A stretch of DNA of 48,336 nucleotides from Candidatus Xenobia bacterium (GTDB lineage Bacteria > Vulcanimicrobiota > Xenobia > Xenobiales > QWHO01): the NCBI GenBank assembly GCA_045863235.1, contig BTUM01000060.1, positions 1 to 48,336 on the forward strand, written 5' to 3'. This document shows positions 38,284 to 47,872 of this stretch, in pieces. Under the pieces are notes generated by a model. The model worked only from the letters and a program-made list of their open reading frames with translations. It was not told where the DNA came from and made no database searches. Position 1 is the stretch's first letter, and the number at the start of each line of letters is the position of its first letter. A program made the translations under genes and the position numbers.

Positions 38284-39064
38284 AGCAGGCTTCACCCTGC
38301 TCGAAGCCCTGGTGACCGTCACGATCATGGCGGTGCTGCTGGGAATCTTAACCCTGCTCTTCTTGCGCACCAGTGACGTCTTTCGTACCACGTCGAGCAA
38401 GGACTCGGCCGTGCGCGAGCTGCGCAAGGCCCGGGTATCCCTGGAGCGCGACCTGGCGGTGACCAACCCCGCCCAGGTCCGTCGAACCACCGTCCCTCCC
38501 TCGCTGGCAGGTGGTAATGACGGTGAGGCGCTCTGGTTTCTCTCTCCCATCGATCCGGCCACCGGGGTGATCGCCCGCAAGCAGGATGGCCATCCGTTCT
38601 GGCAGCGCAACATCCTCTATTACCTGGTGGTGCCCAACAACCACGACGCCACTTTCGGACAGAGCTGCGCCGGGGGAGTGGGGCCAAACGGCTTCGATGA
38701 CCGCTGTCCCCATAAAGTCTTGATCCGAAAGGTGATCGACAGCGGCCCGCCGACCAGTCCGCCGGATGAGACGACCGAGGAGGTTCTCTTACCTGCCGTG
38801 GCGGGCTACCTCGACCGCCCCAACGGCTTCGATGTGAGCGGCCTTGGGGGAGCCGGCCTTCAGCAGAGCAAAATTGTGGCCCAGTTGCTGCATTTCAGCT
38901 CCGCCCTGGCTCCCCTGCCCCAGAACGCTGCCAACCAGCTGGTCGTGGACGTGCGCGGCGTCTCCATCGACGAGGCGCGCCGAACCGCCCGGGTCGGGAC
39001 CGACTCGTTCTTTGACAGCGCCTTCACGCACCAGAGCCCTTTCTCCGTGCTGCTGCACAACTGA
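38264..39064 (+). CDS. Prepilin-type N-terminal cleavage protein (PilW-like)
   Basis: ATG 38264, KAG|FTLLEALVTVTIMAVLL. Confidence 0.85.
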   Translation: MKLHRLKAGFTLLEALVTVTIMAVLLGILTLLFLRTSDVFRTTSSKDSAVRELRKARVSLERDLAVTNPAQVRRTTVPPSLAGGNDGEALWFLSPIDPATGVIARKQDGHPFWQRNILYYLVVPNNHDATFGQSCAGGVGPNGFDDRCPHKVLIRKVIDSGPPTSPPDETTEEVLLPAVAGYLDRPNGFDVSGLGGAGLQQSKIVAQLLHFSSALAPLPQNAANQLVVDVRGVSIDEARRTARVGTDSFFDSAFTHQSPFSVLLHN

Positions 39065-39071
39065 CCAGGGC

Positions 39072-40280
39072 TCAGTGCTTGTGGATCGGACGAGCCTGCG
39101 TCCCGGCTGGCTGGCGATACCAGCCCGGGTCTTGAAAGCCGTTGGGCAACCGGTCGCGCACCTTGACGACGGTGAACATGCCGCCCATGTCGATGGGGCC
39201 GTAGGGCCCGGCCGTGCCGCCCATCTTGAGGGTGTTGGGAGGCCGGTCCATATCCATCTCGCTCATCTCGTACATCCCCGTCTCGCCCATCGGCATGTAG
39301 CCGGGCAAGAGCTCGTTGATGCTGCCCTTCACCTGCGCCTGATCCACCGCCAGCATGTTGGGGATGTCGTGCTCCATGGCGTTCATGGCATGGTGGGTCT
39401 TGTGGCAGTGGAGCGGCCAGTCGCCCGGCACGTCGGCCAGGAACTCGACCGTGCGGGTCGTGCCCACGGGCACGTTGACGGTGGTCTCGGGGAAGCGCGC
39501 CGAGGGGGGGATCTCGCCCCCGTCGGTGGCCACCTGCTGGAACGAGAAGCCGTGGATGTGCACCGGGTGGCTATTCATGCTCAAGTTGGCCAGGCGCAGC
39601 CGGACCCGCTGGCCCGTTTTCACCACCAGCGGGGCGGTGCCCGGGTAGGCTTTGCCGTTGAAGGTGAAGGTGTTGAAGTCGAGCATGACCATCGGGTCGG
39701 GTCGGCTGGTTCCGGGGCGGATCAGCCACTCGGCCAGGAAGATGCAGAAGTCGCGCTGGCAGGTCGGGGGGCGGCGGGGGTGGATGATGAAAAAGCCCAT
39801 CATGCCGAGCGCCATCTGCACCATCTCGTCGGCGTGCGGATGGTACATGTAGGTCCCGTGCTGGCGCAGGGTGAACTCGTAGCGGAAGGTGTCCCCTGGC
39901 TTGATGGGGCGCTGGGTCAATCCGCTGACCCCGTCCATGCCGTTGGGAAGGTAGATCCCGTGCCAGTGCACGCTGGTGGGCTCGGGCAAGCGGTTGGTGA
40001 CCAGGATGCGCACCCGATCCCCCTCCACCGCCTCGATGGTGGGCCCGGGCGTGAGACCGTTGTAGCCCCAGCAGTCCACCACCATGCCGGGGGCGAACTC
40101 GCGTCTCACGGGCTCGGCGATCAGGTGAAACTCCTTGACCCCGTTGACCATCTTCCAGGGGAGCGAGCGCCCGTTGGGGGTTTCCACCGGGACGTAGCTG
40201 GGCGCGGCCAGGGTCGGCAGGCTGCTGAGCGCCACCAGGGCCACCCCCGAGCCTAAAAGCTCTCGACGTGTCAGGCTCAC
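39072..40280 (-). CDS. Tat-exported multicopper oxidase (two-domain type)
   Basis: TRRELL signal. HWHG, YHPH, HPVHIHG, HCHKTHH and a Met-rich tail. Confidence 0.93.
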   Translation of the reverse strand: MSLTRRELLGSGVALVALSSLPTLAAPSYVPVETPNGRSLPWKMVNGVKEFHLIAEPVRREFAPGMVVDCWGYNGLTPGPTIEAVEGDRVRILVTNRLPEPTSVHWHGIYLPNGMDGVSGLTQRPIKPGDTFRYEFTLRQHGTYMYHPHADEMVQMALGMMGFFIIHPRRPPTCQRDFCIFLAEWLIRPGTSRPDPMVMLDFNTFTFNGKAYPGTAPLVVKTGQRVRLRLANLSMNSHPVHIHGFSFQQVATDGGEIPPSARFPETTVNVPVGTTRTVEFLADVPGDWPLHCHKTHHAMNAMEHDIPNMLAVDQAQVKGSINELLPGYMPMGETGMYEMSEMDMDRPPNTLKMGGTAGPYGPIDMGGMFTVVKVRDRLPNGFQDPGWYRQPAGTQARPIHKH

Positions 40281-41488
40281 AGACGTCCTCCCAGGGCGCG
40301 TTCCAGGCGGGCTCGCGCCGTCCAGTAGTGGGCGATCGCCTCCAGCAGCTCCAGCCTGGTGCGGGCCAGGTCCTGGCGCAGTTGCAGAAGCGGATACACC
40401 CCCAGCAGCATGGAATCGAAGTAGGGTCGCGACAGCAGCAGGATCTCACGCCGCTTGGGGATCATCTGATCGCGCAGCCGCTCCACCTTGAGGCGGGCGG
40501 CCGTGAGCTGGCTGGCCGCAATGCGCACTTCGGCGCGGATCTTCTGCTGCCTGGATTCGAGCAGTCGCTGGCTCTGCTCAGTCTTGAAGCGGAAGTGAGC
40601 CGTCTGCCCTTGACGGCGGTCGAAGAGGGGCACGGGAAACTGGAGCTCGGGCCCGGTCACGGTGGGGGCTCCCACCTCTGACTCGGTCTCGCGCACAACC
40701 CCGAAGGAGACCTCGTCGAGCAGGCCCCCCGAGGCCAGGTTCAGCTCCTGCCGGTCGGCCTCGACCTCCAGGGCGGCCAGGGCCAGGTCGGGCCTCTGCT
40801 TGAGAGCCAGCTCCTCCAGCCCTTCCAGCGCCGTCTCGGTCTCGGGCAACTCGGCCAGGCGTGGGACTTTCACGGGGTCGACCGAGGGCTGCCCGAGCAA
40901 GACATTGAGGCGGGCCCGGGCCTGCTCGAGCTGGTAGCCGGCCTGCTCGAGGGCGATGCGGGCTTCGAGCTCGGCCGCCTCTTGCTGGGCCAGGGCCACT
41001 TTGGGGATATTGCCCGCCTCGAATTGACGCTTGTGCAGCTCGGTGGCCGCCCGGGCGGCCTGCAGGACGATCTCGAGCTGCTCGATGGACTGGCCCTTCT
41101 CCTGCAACTCGTAGTAGGCCTCGCGAACCTCGAAGATGAGCTCGAGCAGGCTGTCCTCCATCTGGAGCCGGGCCTGGCGCACGCGCGTGGAGGCCAGCTC
41201 CTCGCGGTCGGAGCGGCGCAAGAGATCGAGCAGGTTCCAGCTCAGAGCGAACTCGGTGCGGTTCTGGGAGCCCGCCTGGTCGGGGAAGCCGACCGAGGCG
41301 GAGAAGACCGGGTTCACCAGCAGCGAGGCCTGGTCTTTCTCGGCCTCGGACATGTCCACCTGGCGATAGATCGCCTGGACGGCCGGGTTCTGGCGCATCG
41401 CAAGCTCCAGGGCCTGGTCCACGGTCAGCTCGCCTTCGCCTCGAGCCAGGGCCGCCAGGGCGAGGAACAGGAGCAATCGCAGCTTCAT
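40277..41488 (-). CDS. TolC-family outer membrane protein (copper-associated)
   Basis: Signal peptide, ALELAMRQNP, LALKQRPDL, VPLFDRRQG, C-terminal LERALGG. Coupled to the multicopper oxidase. Confidence 0.88.
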   Translation of the reverse strand: MKLRLLLFLALAALARGEGELTVDQALELAMRQNPAVQAIYRQVDMSEAEKDQASLLVNPVFSASVGFPDQAGSQNRTEFALSWNLLDLLRRSDREELASTRVRQARLQMEDSLLELIFEVREAYYELQEKGQSIEQLEIVLQAARAATELHKRQFEAGNIPKVALAQQEAAELEARIALEQAGYQLEQARARLNVLLGQPSVDPVKVPRLAELPETETALEGLEELALKQRPDLALAALEVEADRQELNLASGGLLDEVSFGVVRETESEVGAPTVTGPELQFPVPLFDRRQGQTAHFRFKTEQSQRLLESRQQKIRAEVRIAASQLTAARLKVERLRDQMIPKRREILLLSRPYFDSMLLGVYPLLQLRQDLARTRLELLEAIAHYWTARARLERALGGRL

Positions 41489-41715
41489 GGGGCGAGAGCA
41501 TAGAGGGCCTCTGTCAGGCGGTCGTCACTGCGCGATCATGGCAGGCGCTCCGATCTGAACGGCATCTCAACTTGAGTGCAGCTGCCCCAACCATGGTCGC
41601 GGATTCCAGGTCCGGATGGTGCCTGGAACTCAAAGTTGACAGCTTCTGCTCTGCCGACCGATCGTCTCCCGAGTGGAGGATGAGACGGCCGGGGCTCGGT
41701 CGAAGCTGTCCGCCG

Positions 41716-42219
41716 ATGCGTCGAGTCGCCCTCGGATTGGCCTGTCTGTTACTCTTGAGCCCGCTGGTGGCGCAAGAGAAACCCTCTCGCACCGCTCTTT
41801 CGACCCAGGATCGGGAGACCTTGAAGAAGTGTGTCACCGTCCCGATCTACGTGCCCGCTTACCTGCCTGCGGGGCTCACTCGCAGCGAGCTGGAGGCGAG
41901 CTACAGCTCTTACACGCTGGCTTACAGCAGCCCTGAGTGCATCCTCTTCATCAGCGGCACGAAGCGCGAGGTCCCTCCGGAACTGACCTTCAAGCCTCCC
42001 CTGGAGGGGGAGGTCCAGATGAAGGTGGGCCATCCCGAGCTGGGGATGGGCAAGCTGTGCTGGCTGCCCCGCAAGGTGGACGCCCTGACCACCCGAGAGG
42101 AGTATGCTGCCGGGGTCTTCGGCAAGGGGACCATCGCCTACGACGTGGTCAGCACCGGGGCTCTTTCGCCCAAAGAGGTGCAGAAGTTCATGAAGGGCCT
42201 GGTGCTGCTCAAGCTCTGA
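41716..42219 (+). CDS. Hypothetical secreted protein
   Basis: Signal peptide MRRVALGLACLLLLSPLVA from ATG 41716. VPIYVPAYLPAG. Confidence 0.7.
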   Translation: MRRVALGLACLLLLSPLVAQEKPSRTALSTQDRETLKKCVTVPIYVPAYLPAGLTRSELEASYSSYTLAYSSPECILFISGTKREVPPELTFKPPLEGEVQMKVGHPELGMGKLCWLPRKVDALTTREEYAAGVFGKGTIAYDVVSTGALSPKEVQKFMKGLVLLKL

Positions 42220-42269
42220 GCCCCTGACCGAGATCATCGCCCCGCTCCGCCCGGCTCTCTACTCTAGAG

Positions 42270-43982
42270 GTGATGAGGATGTTCGCCCTGGGTTTGGCCT
42301 GCTTGCTCCTGCTGGCCCCCGTGCTCTCTCAGGGGGGCGTGGTGGTCGCTCTGGATGTTCAGAGCCTCACCGTCAAGCCTCTGGGAAAGAGCGAGTATGA
42401 AGCCGGGTTCCAGGTCGGAGTGCTCACTCAGAATCGCCCCTGGGACGGTCGGATCGCTTACCGCGCGGTCGTCTCCCGCGGCAGCTACCAGCAGACCTTC
42501 AGCGGTGAGTCCGCCGCTCGCCGAGGAGTGAACTTCGACAGCTTCCGGTTCGCCATCCCGACCACCGAGAAGGAAGGGCCCTTCAAGCTTCGGCTCGAGG
42601 TCAGCGCGGACGGGCAGGGGGCAGCGAAGGAAACCGCCTTTGAGCACACCGTCGCCCTGCCGATCATCGCGGTGGGAGGACCGGAGGCCATCGTGGAGGG
42701 GGAGCCGTGCACCCTGGTCGCCAGGGTTGTCTCGGGGACTCCACCGTATCGCTGGAACTGGAAGGCGGGCGACCGGAGCGGGCAGGCCGAAGGCCCCGAG
42801 CTGGTGGTGCCGCTTCCCGATGCTCGCTTTCCGAAGGTGATCTGCGCTGTGTGGCTGCTCGACGGGGTACACACCGAGCCGGTCTATGCCTACCACACCG
42901 TGCGGGTAGACAAGCCCACCCCGGTCACCGAGAGGACGCCGCTACCCGGTCAGGTCGACGTGGTCGCCCGGATCAGCGGCCCGGCGGAAGCGGCCGTGGG
43001 ACACAAGGTGGTGCTGACCGGATCAGCCAGCGGAGGGTCCCCTCCCTACAGCTTCCAGTGGGTGGGTGATCGCCCCGGCGGGACGGGCGAGAGCTGTCCG
43101 CTGACGTTTCATTCTCCCGGGACCTACACGGTCAAACTGCTCGCTTCCGATAGTCGGGGGGCGTTTGGCGTCACCACCTGGAACCTCCAGATTTACCCTC
43201 GCCTGACGGCCGAGGTGGCCGCTCCGGCCGGCGCTCTGAGCGGGCACAAGGTGCAGTTTGCTGCCCGAGTGGAGGGCGGGAAACCTCCCTACACCTATGC
43301 CTGGACCACCTCCGGCGGGGGGAGCGGCTCCGGCCCCACCCTGTCAGGAACTCTGCGCGGTAAGCCCGGGGACAGCCGACAGGTCAAGCTGGTGGTGAAG
43401 GACAGCCTGGAGCCTCCCCAGAGCGCGACCGCCACCGCCACGGTGTATGTTCGCGGCGGTAGCGCCCCGATCAGCGGCGGCCAGCGCTTCGTCGGCAACT
43501 TGAATCCGGCCACGGTCGCGTTCTCGCGCTCTTTGATCCAGGCGAGCAGCCTGGGAAATCGCCGGGTGGAGGACCTGCGGGTGAAAGCCCCCGAGCTGAC
43601 CCTGACGGTGGCCGAGGGGACGGCCGTCATCGCGCCCGAGGTGGTGGTCTGGGAGGAGCACCATCGCGAGGTTGACGCCCGGGGCTCGCGCCAGAAGAGC
43701 ACCTTGCACCGATTCCAGTTCTTGCCCGGACGCCTGGGAGCGGGGGGCCGCCTGGCCGGACCCTGCCGGGTAACCACCCGCTCGCTGGTGGACGGGCAGG
43801 GTCCGCCGGAGACGACTCGTGATACCTCCTGGGCGGTGATTCCCGGCGGGGACGGCAACCTCTACCTGATGCCCAACTATCCCAACCTGCCGCCCGACTT
43901 CCTGGAGCCTTCCTTCTCTCTCACGCCCCAGCAGCAGCAGTTGATCCCCATCGCGCCCTACCTGCTCCGGCCCGCGCCCTGA
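42270..43982 (+). CDS. Secreted PKD/Ig-like repeat protein
   Basis: Signal peptide, three G(G/T)xPPYx(W/F/Y)xW Ig-like modules and TFHSPGTYTVKL. Confidence 0.78.
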   Translation: MMRMFALGLACLLLLAPVLSQGGVVVALDVQSLTVKPLGKSEYEAGFQVGVLTQNRPWDGRIAYRAVVSRGSYQQTFSGESAARRGVNFDSFRFAIPTTEKEGPFKLRLEVSADGQGAAKETAFEHTVALPIIAVGGPEAIVEGEPCTLVARVVSGTPPYRWNWKAGDRSGQAEGPELVVPLPDARFPKVICAVWLLDGVHTEPVYAYHTVRVDKPTPVTERTPLPGQVDVVARISGPAEAAVGHKVVLTGSASGGSPPYSFQWVGDRPGGTGESCPLTFHSPGTYTVKLLASDSRGAFGVTTWNLQIYPRLTAEVAAPAGALSGHKVQFAARVEGGKPPYTYAWTTSGGGSGSGPTLSGTLRGKPGDSRQVKLVVKDSLEPPQSATATATVYVRGGSAPISGGQRFVGNLNPATVAFSRSLIQASSLGNRRVEDLRVKAPELTLTVAEGTAVIAPEVVVWEEHHREVDARGSRQKSTLHRFQFLPGRLGAGGRLAGPCRVTTRSLVDGQGPPETTRDTSWAVIPGGDGNLYLMPNYPNLPPDFLEPSFSLTPQQQQLIPIAPYLLRPAP

Positions 43983-44010
43983 TTGTCTGGCGGTTCCCAT
44001 CCTCTGGAGT

Positions 44011-44946
44011 TCAGCGTAGCCAGGCGATCAGCGCCACCATGAGCAGGGCGTGGGCCACCCCCATGGCCAGCGCGAAGGGGATCTGAAAGCGGATCACCGC
44101 GTAGGCGTCCTTCATGTCCAGCAGGGCCGGCGGCACCAGGTTGAAATTGGCCGCCATCGGCGTCATCAGCGTGCCGGTGGACCCGGCCGTGAGGAGCACC
44201 ATGGCCAGGGCCGGATCCAGTCCGTAGGGCTTGATCAGGAGAGGCAGCAGCACTCCGGTGGCGATGACCGGGAAGGCCGCGAACGAGTTGCCGGTCAGCA
44301 TGGTGAGCAGGCTCATGGAGAAACAGCACAACACGGCCAGCACCACCCAGGCGCCCTGGGCGGGCAAGAGCGCGGTCACCCCCCGGGCGATGAAGTCGCC
44401 GATGCCCGCGGCGGTGAGGATCACACCCAGCGAGGCCAGCAGCTGGGGCAGGATGCTGACAGCTCCGACCGTGTCGTTGAGCCGTCGTCCCTCCTCGAGC
44501 AAGAGCTGCGGGCGAGCTCGAAAGAGCAGCAGGGCCGCCACCATGCCGGCCAGGGCCCCGGCCGCCAGGCCCACCACCGCCCCCCGGCTCGCATCCCAGC
44601 CGGCCAGGCGAAAGGCGTAGGCCACCAGGAAGGTGGCCAGGGGGATGGTCAGCACGGGCAGCACCACCCTCCACCCGGTCACCGCTCGCTCCTGAGCACG
44701 GGGGGCCGAGCTCGCGCCCACCAGGCCGAAACCGTCCAGGGCCACCAGGGCCAGCACCAGAAGGCCGCTCACCCGGTAGGGCAGGAGGCTGCCCCAGGCA
44801 AACAGCGCGCCCAGGATGGCCCAGAAGGCTCCCGTGCCCCAGCGGTGGGGATGCTCGTCATCCGCCAGGGTGCGGACGGCCATGGCCAGCAGCAAGATTC
44901 CGGCCAGGGCGTAGGCCATGGGGAGGCTGAGGATCGAATCCAGCAT
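44011..44946 (-). CDS. DUF979 family membrane protein (putative 5-oxoproline transporter component)
   Basis: ATG 44946. ILPQLLASLG, MLTGNSFAAFPVIATG, GTLMTPMAANFNLVPPALL. Confidence 0.88.
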   Translation of the reverse strand: MLDSILSLPMAYALAGILLLAMAVRTLADDEHPHRWGTGAFWAILGALFAWGSLLPYRVSGLLVLALVALDGFGLVGASSAPRAQERAVTGWRVVLPVLTIPLATFLVAYAFRLAGWDASRGAVVGLAAGALAGMVAALLLFRARPQLLLEEGRRLNDTVGAVSILPQLLASLGVILTAAGIGDFIARGVTALLPAQGAWVVLAVLCCFSMSLLTMLTGNSFAAFPVIATGVLLPLLIKPYGLDPALAMVLLTAGSTGTLMTPMAANFNLVPPALLDMKDAYAVIRFQIPFALAMGVAHALLMVALIAWLR

Positions 44947-45569
44947 CAGCGCCTGCGCTCGAAGAGCAGAAATTGCGTCGCCCCGAATAACAAAGAGAGC
45001 AGCACCACCGGCGCCGAGTAAGCCACCAGGCGCCACAGGCTGGTGGAGTAACCGAGGTCGCTCAGCACCCCGAAGACCAGCAGCACTCCGGCTTGCACGG
45101 GGGAGAGGTTCTGCCCGTAGAAGTTGCCGTAGTTCTCGCTGGCGGCGCTGGCCGCCTTGAGGGCGTCCTCCTCCCTTTCGGTGGGCTCACGGCGGTGCCG
45201 CTCGCGCCACGAGGATAGGGCCATGGGGGCCACCAGGGGGCGCACGAACACGGCCTGGCCGTTGAGCCGCAGACCCAGCAGGCCGTGCAGCACCCGGAAG
45301 AGCTGGTACAGGATCAGCACTCGGGCCGGGCTGAGCCGCTTGAGACCGGCCACCCAGCGGGCCGCCTGGGTCTGCAGGCCGTAGCGCTCGCACAGTCCGA
45401 CCACCGGCAGCGTCAGCAGAAACAGCGTCATGAGGCGGTTCTCGGTGAAGGAGCGGCCCAGCAGCTCGAGCAGGCCCTCGCGCCCCCCAGCGCTCCAGAG
45501 GGGCATGCCTGAGGCCAGGCCGGCTCCCAGTGCCAGGGCCACGACGACCACCGTCGTACGAATGCGCAT
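44946..45569 (-). CDS. DUF969 family membrane protein
   Basis: LPVVGLCERYGL, FVRPLVAPM, SENYGNFYGQN. Stop overlaps the DUF979 start. Confidence 0.85.
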   Translation of the reverse strand: MRIRTTVVVVALALGAGLASGMPLWSAGGREGLLELLGRSFTENRLMTLFLLTLPVVGLCERYGLQTQAARWVAGLKRLSPARVLILYQLFRVLHGLLGLRLNGQAVFVRPLVAPMALSSWRERHRREPTEREEDALKAASAASENYGNFYGQNLSPVQAGVLLVFGVLSDLGYSTSLWRLVAYSAPVVLLSLLFGATQFLLFERRR

Positions 45570-45627
45570 GGGCGTCCTGGTTAACCACCCCTGGAGGATC
45601 GCCTCCTGAGTGCGAGAACCCGGCCCG

Positions 45628-47346
45628 ATGAACCTGACCCGACGCGCATTTCTCGCCAGCCTGATGGGCTTATCTGGCGCTCTCATGCTGCCCGCCTGGC
45701 CCTCCCCCCTGCTCTCCTGGCCCGGCCCGGAGACCTGGGATGAGCTGCGCTCGGAGGTGGGCGAGAGACTGCTGAAGGTCGAGTCTCCCATCAAGCCCTG
45801 CCTCGAGGCGCCTGGCTCGGCGGCCTGCGCCGAGACCCTGAAGAACCTGCGCAATCCGTTCGCCCTCGAAGATGACCCTGGTTGCACCCAGAGCACCGGC
45901 TGGCTGGGCGCCTGGACATCCAGCGTCAGCCCGTACGCGGTGGCCATCGAGAGCCCGGCCGACGTGGCCGCCGCCGTGCGTTTCGCAAGACGCCACCGGG
46001 TGCGGCTGTGCATCAAGGGCACCGGCCACTGCTACCTGGGCCGCTCCAACGCCCCCAACTCGCTCTTGATCTGGACCCACCGGATGCGCGAGGTCAGCCT
46101 GCACGAGCGCTTCGTGGTGGCCGGGGGCGACGGCCCCGGAGTGCCGGCACTGAGCGCTCAGGCCGGGGCCCGCTGGCTGGAGGTCTACGAGGCCGCCTCC
46201 AGCATCAAGCGCTACGCTCAGGGCGGCGGCTGCACCAGCGTGGGCGCGGCCGGCGGGCACATCCAGGGCAGCGGCTTTGGCAGCTTCTCCCGGCGCTACG
46301 GCAGCAGCGCCTCGGGAGTGCTGGAATACGAGGTGGTGACGGCCGACGGCCAGGTGCTCACCGTCAACCACCTGCAGCACCCCGACCTCTTCTGGGCGCT
46401 GCGCGGTGGGGGCGGGGCCACCTTCGGCGTGGTGACCCGGGTCACGGTGCTGACCCACCCCCTGCCCGAGCGGGCCGGGCTGGTGGAGGGCACCATCACG
46501 GCTTCCTCCGATCTGGCCTTTCGCGAGCTGCTGAAGCGTTTCGTGGCCTTCTTTCCAACCCTGGTCAACCACCACTGGGGCGAGCAGATCGCCGTGACGG
46601 GCCAGAATACCCTCGAGCTCGGGCTCACCTTCCTCGACCTGACCGAGGCCGAGGCCCGCCAGGCCTGGCAGCCGCTGCTCGACCGGCTCGAGGGTTGCCA
46701 GGCCGAGGTCCGGGCCCGCGAGCTCTCGGTCGAGCACCTGTGGGACGCCGACTGGTTCCGCCAGCGCGACCCCTCGTTCATCGTGCCCGACCCGCGCCCG
46801 GGCTCTCCGCCTTCGCGCTACTGGTGGGCTTCCAACCAGGGCGAGGTGTCGGCCTTCATCAACAGCTATCAGTCGCGCTGGCTTCCCTTGAGGATGGTCC
46901 AGGGGGAGCCGGACCGGCTGGCCGAGCTGCTCTTTGAGGCCTCGCGCCATCGGGCCATCCACCTGCACCTCAACAAGGGCCTGGCCAATGCCCATCCCGA
47001 GGCCACCGAGCGCACCCGCCAAACCTCGATTCACCCGGCCGTGTTCGAGGCCGCCGCGCTGGTCATCGTGGCCTCCCAGCAGAGCAACACCTTCCCCGGC
47101 CTGCCCGGGCACGAGCCCGACCTGGCCGCCGGCCGTGTGGCCGCCAGCAAGGTCAAGGCGGCCATGGACCTGATCCGGCGGGCCACTCCCGGGGCCGGCG
47201 CCTACGCCAACGAGGCCGACTATTTCGAGCCCGACTGGCAGACAACGTTCTGGGGCGAGAACTACCCGCGCCTGCTCGAGGTCAAGCGGCGCTACGACCC
47301 CGACAACCTGTTCCGAGTACACCACGGTGTGGGGAGCGAGGGCTGA
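45628..47346 (+). CDS. Tat-exported FAD-linked oxidase (berberine-bridge-enzyme-like)
   Basis: MNLTRRAFL, KGTGHCYLGRS, GGGCTSVG, DLFWALRGGGG, YANE...FWGENYPRLLEVKRRYDPDNLF. Confidence 0.93.
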   Translation: MNLTRRAFLASLMGLSGALMLPAWPSPLLSWPGPETWDELRSEVGERLLKVESPIKPCLEAPGSAACAETLKNLRNPFALEDDPGCTQSTGWLGAWTSSVSPYAVAIESPADVAAAVRFARRHRVRLCIKGTGHCYLGRSNAPNSLLIWTHRMREVSLHERFVVAGGDGPGVPALSAQAGARWLEVYEAASSIKRYAQGGGCTSVGAAGGHIQGSGFGSFSRRYGSSASGVLEYEVVTADGQVLTVNHLQHPDLFWALRGGGGATFGVVTRVTVLTHPLPERAGLVEGTITASSDLAFRELLKRFVAFFPTLVNHHWGEQIAVTGQNTLELGLTFLDLTEAEARQAWQPLLDRLEGCQAEVRARELSVEHLWDADWFRQRDPSFIVPDPRPGSPPSRYWWASNQGEVSAFINSYQSRWLPLRMVQGEPDRLAELLFEASRHRAIHLHLNKGLANAHPEATERTRQTSIHPAVFEAAALVIVASQQSNTFPGLPGHEPDLAAGRVAASKVKAAMDLIRRATPGAGAYANEADYFEPDWQTTFWGENYPRLLEVKRRYDPDNLFRVHHGVGSEG

Positions 47347-47479
47347 GTCGGCGCGCTTAGCTCTCCTGGAGCAGTTCTTTCAGCCGCGGGCCAGGTCCAA
47401 CGTCCTTGGTGTATCGGGGCTCGGCTCGAGCTCCCAACCACGGCCCAGGGGACGCCGAGCCGGTAGGACTTTGGGGTGA

Positions 47480-47872
47480 ATCGTCCAGTATGGTCGCGCC
47501 TTCTTATTCACCGAGAGGGACGGCAACGATCTCACTTACTTCCTTCTCTACCACTTCCGAGTGTTGAGGCGCGCCGTAGAAGACCTTCACAGGTTTATCC
47601 AGCGGAAGACCAGGGAGGTATCCCAACTGAATCGCCAGCTGAGAGAGCACACATCGCTCAATCACCGGCAAAAGGCGCTATTAGCTCATGCTCTCCGTCA
47701 CCCTGAGGCCGACTATACTGTGGAGTCCCACCGTAGGTCACACGATACCGTCTACGAGACCGCCCGCAAGGATCTCAAAGAACTCACGGAAGCTGGGTTC
47801 CTCCTCGAAAGACGGCACGGGAAAGCCTTCCACTACTTTCCTGTCACAGACTTGGAAGAGCGCCTGAGTTAG
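47480..47872 (+). pseudogene. C-terminal fragment of a Fic-family protein (HTH part)
   Basis: In-frame YGRAFLFTERDGNDLTYFLLYH...LNHRQKALL...TVYETARKDLKEL. An in-frame TGA at 47477 precedes it, the Fic catalytic motif is absent, and GC is lower. Confidence 0.7.
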
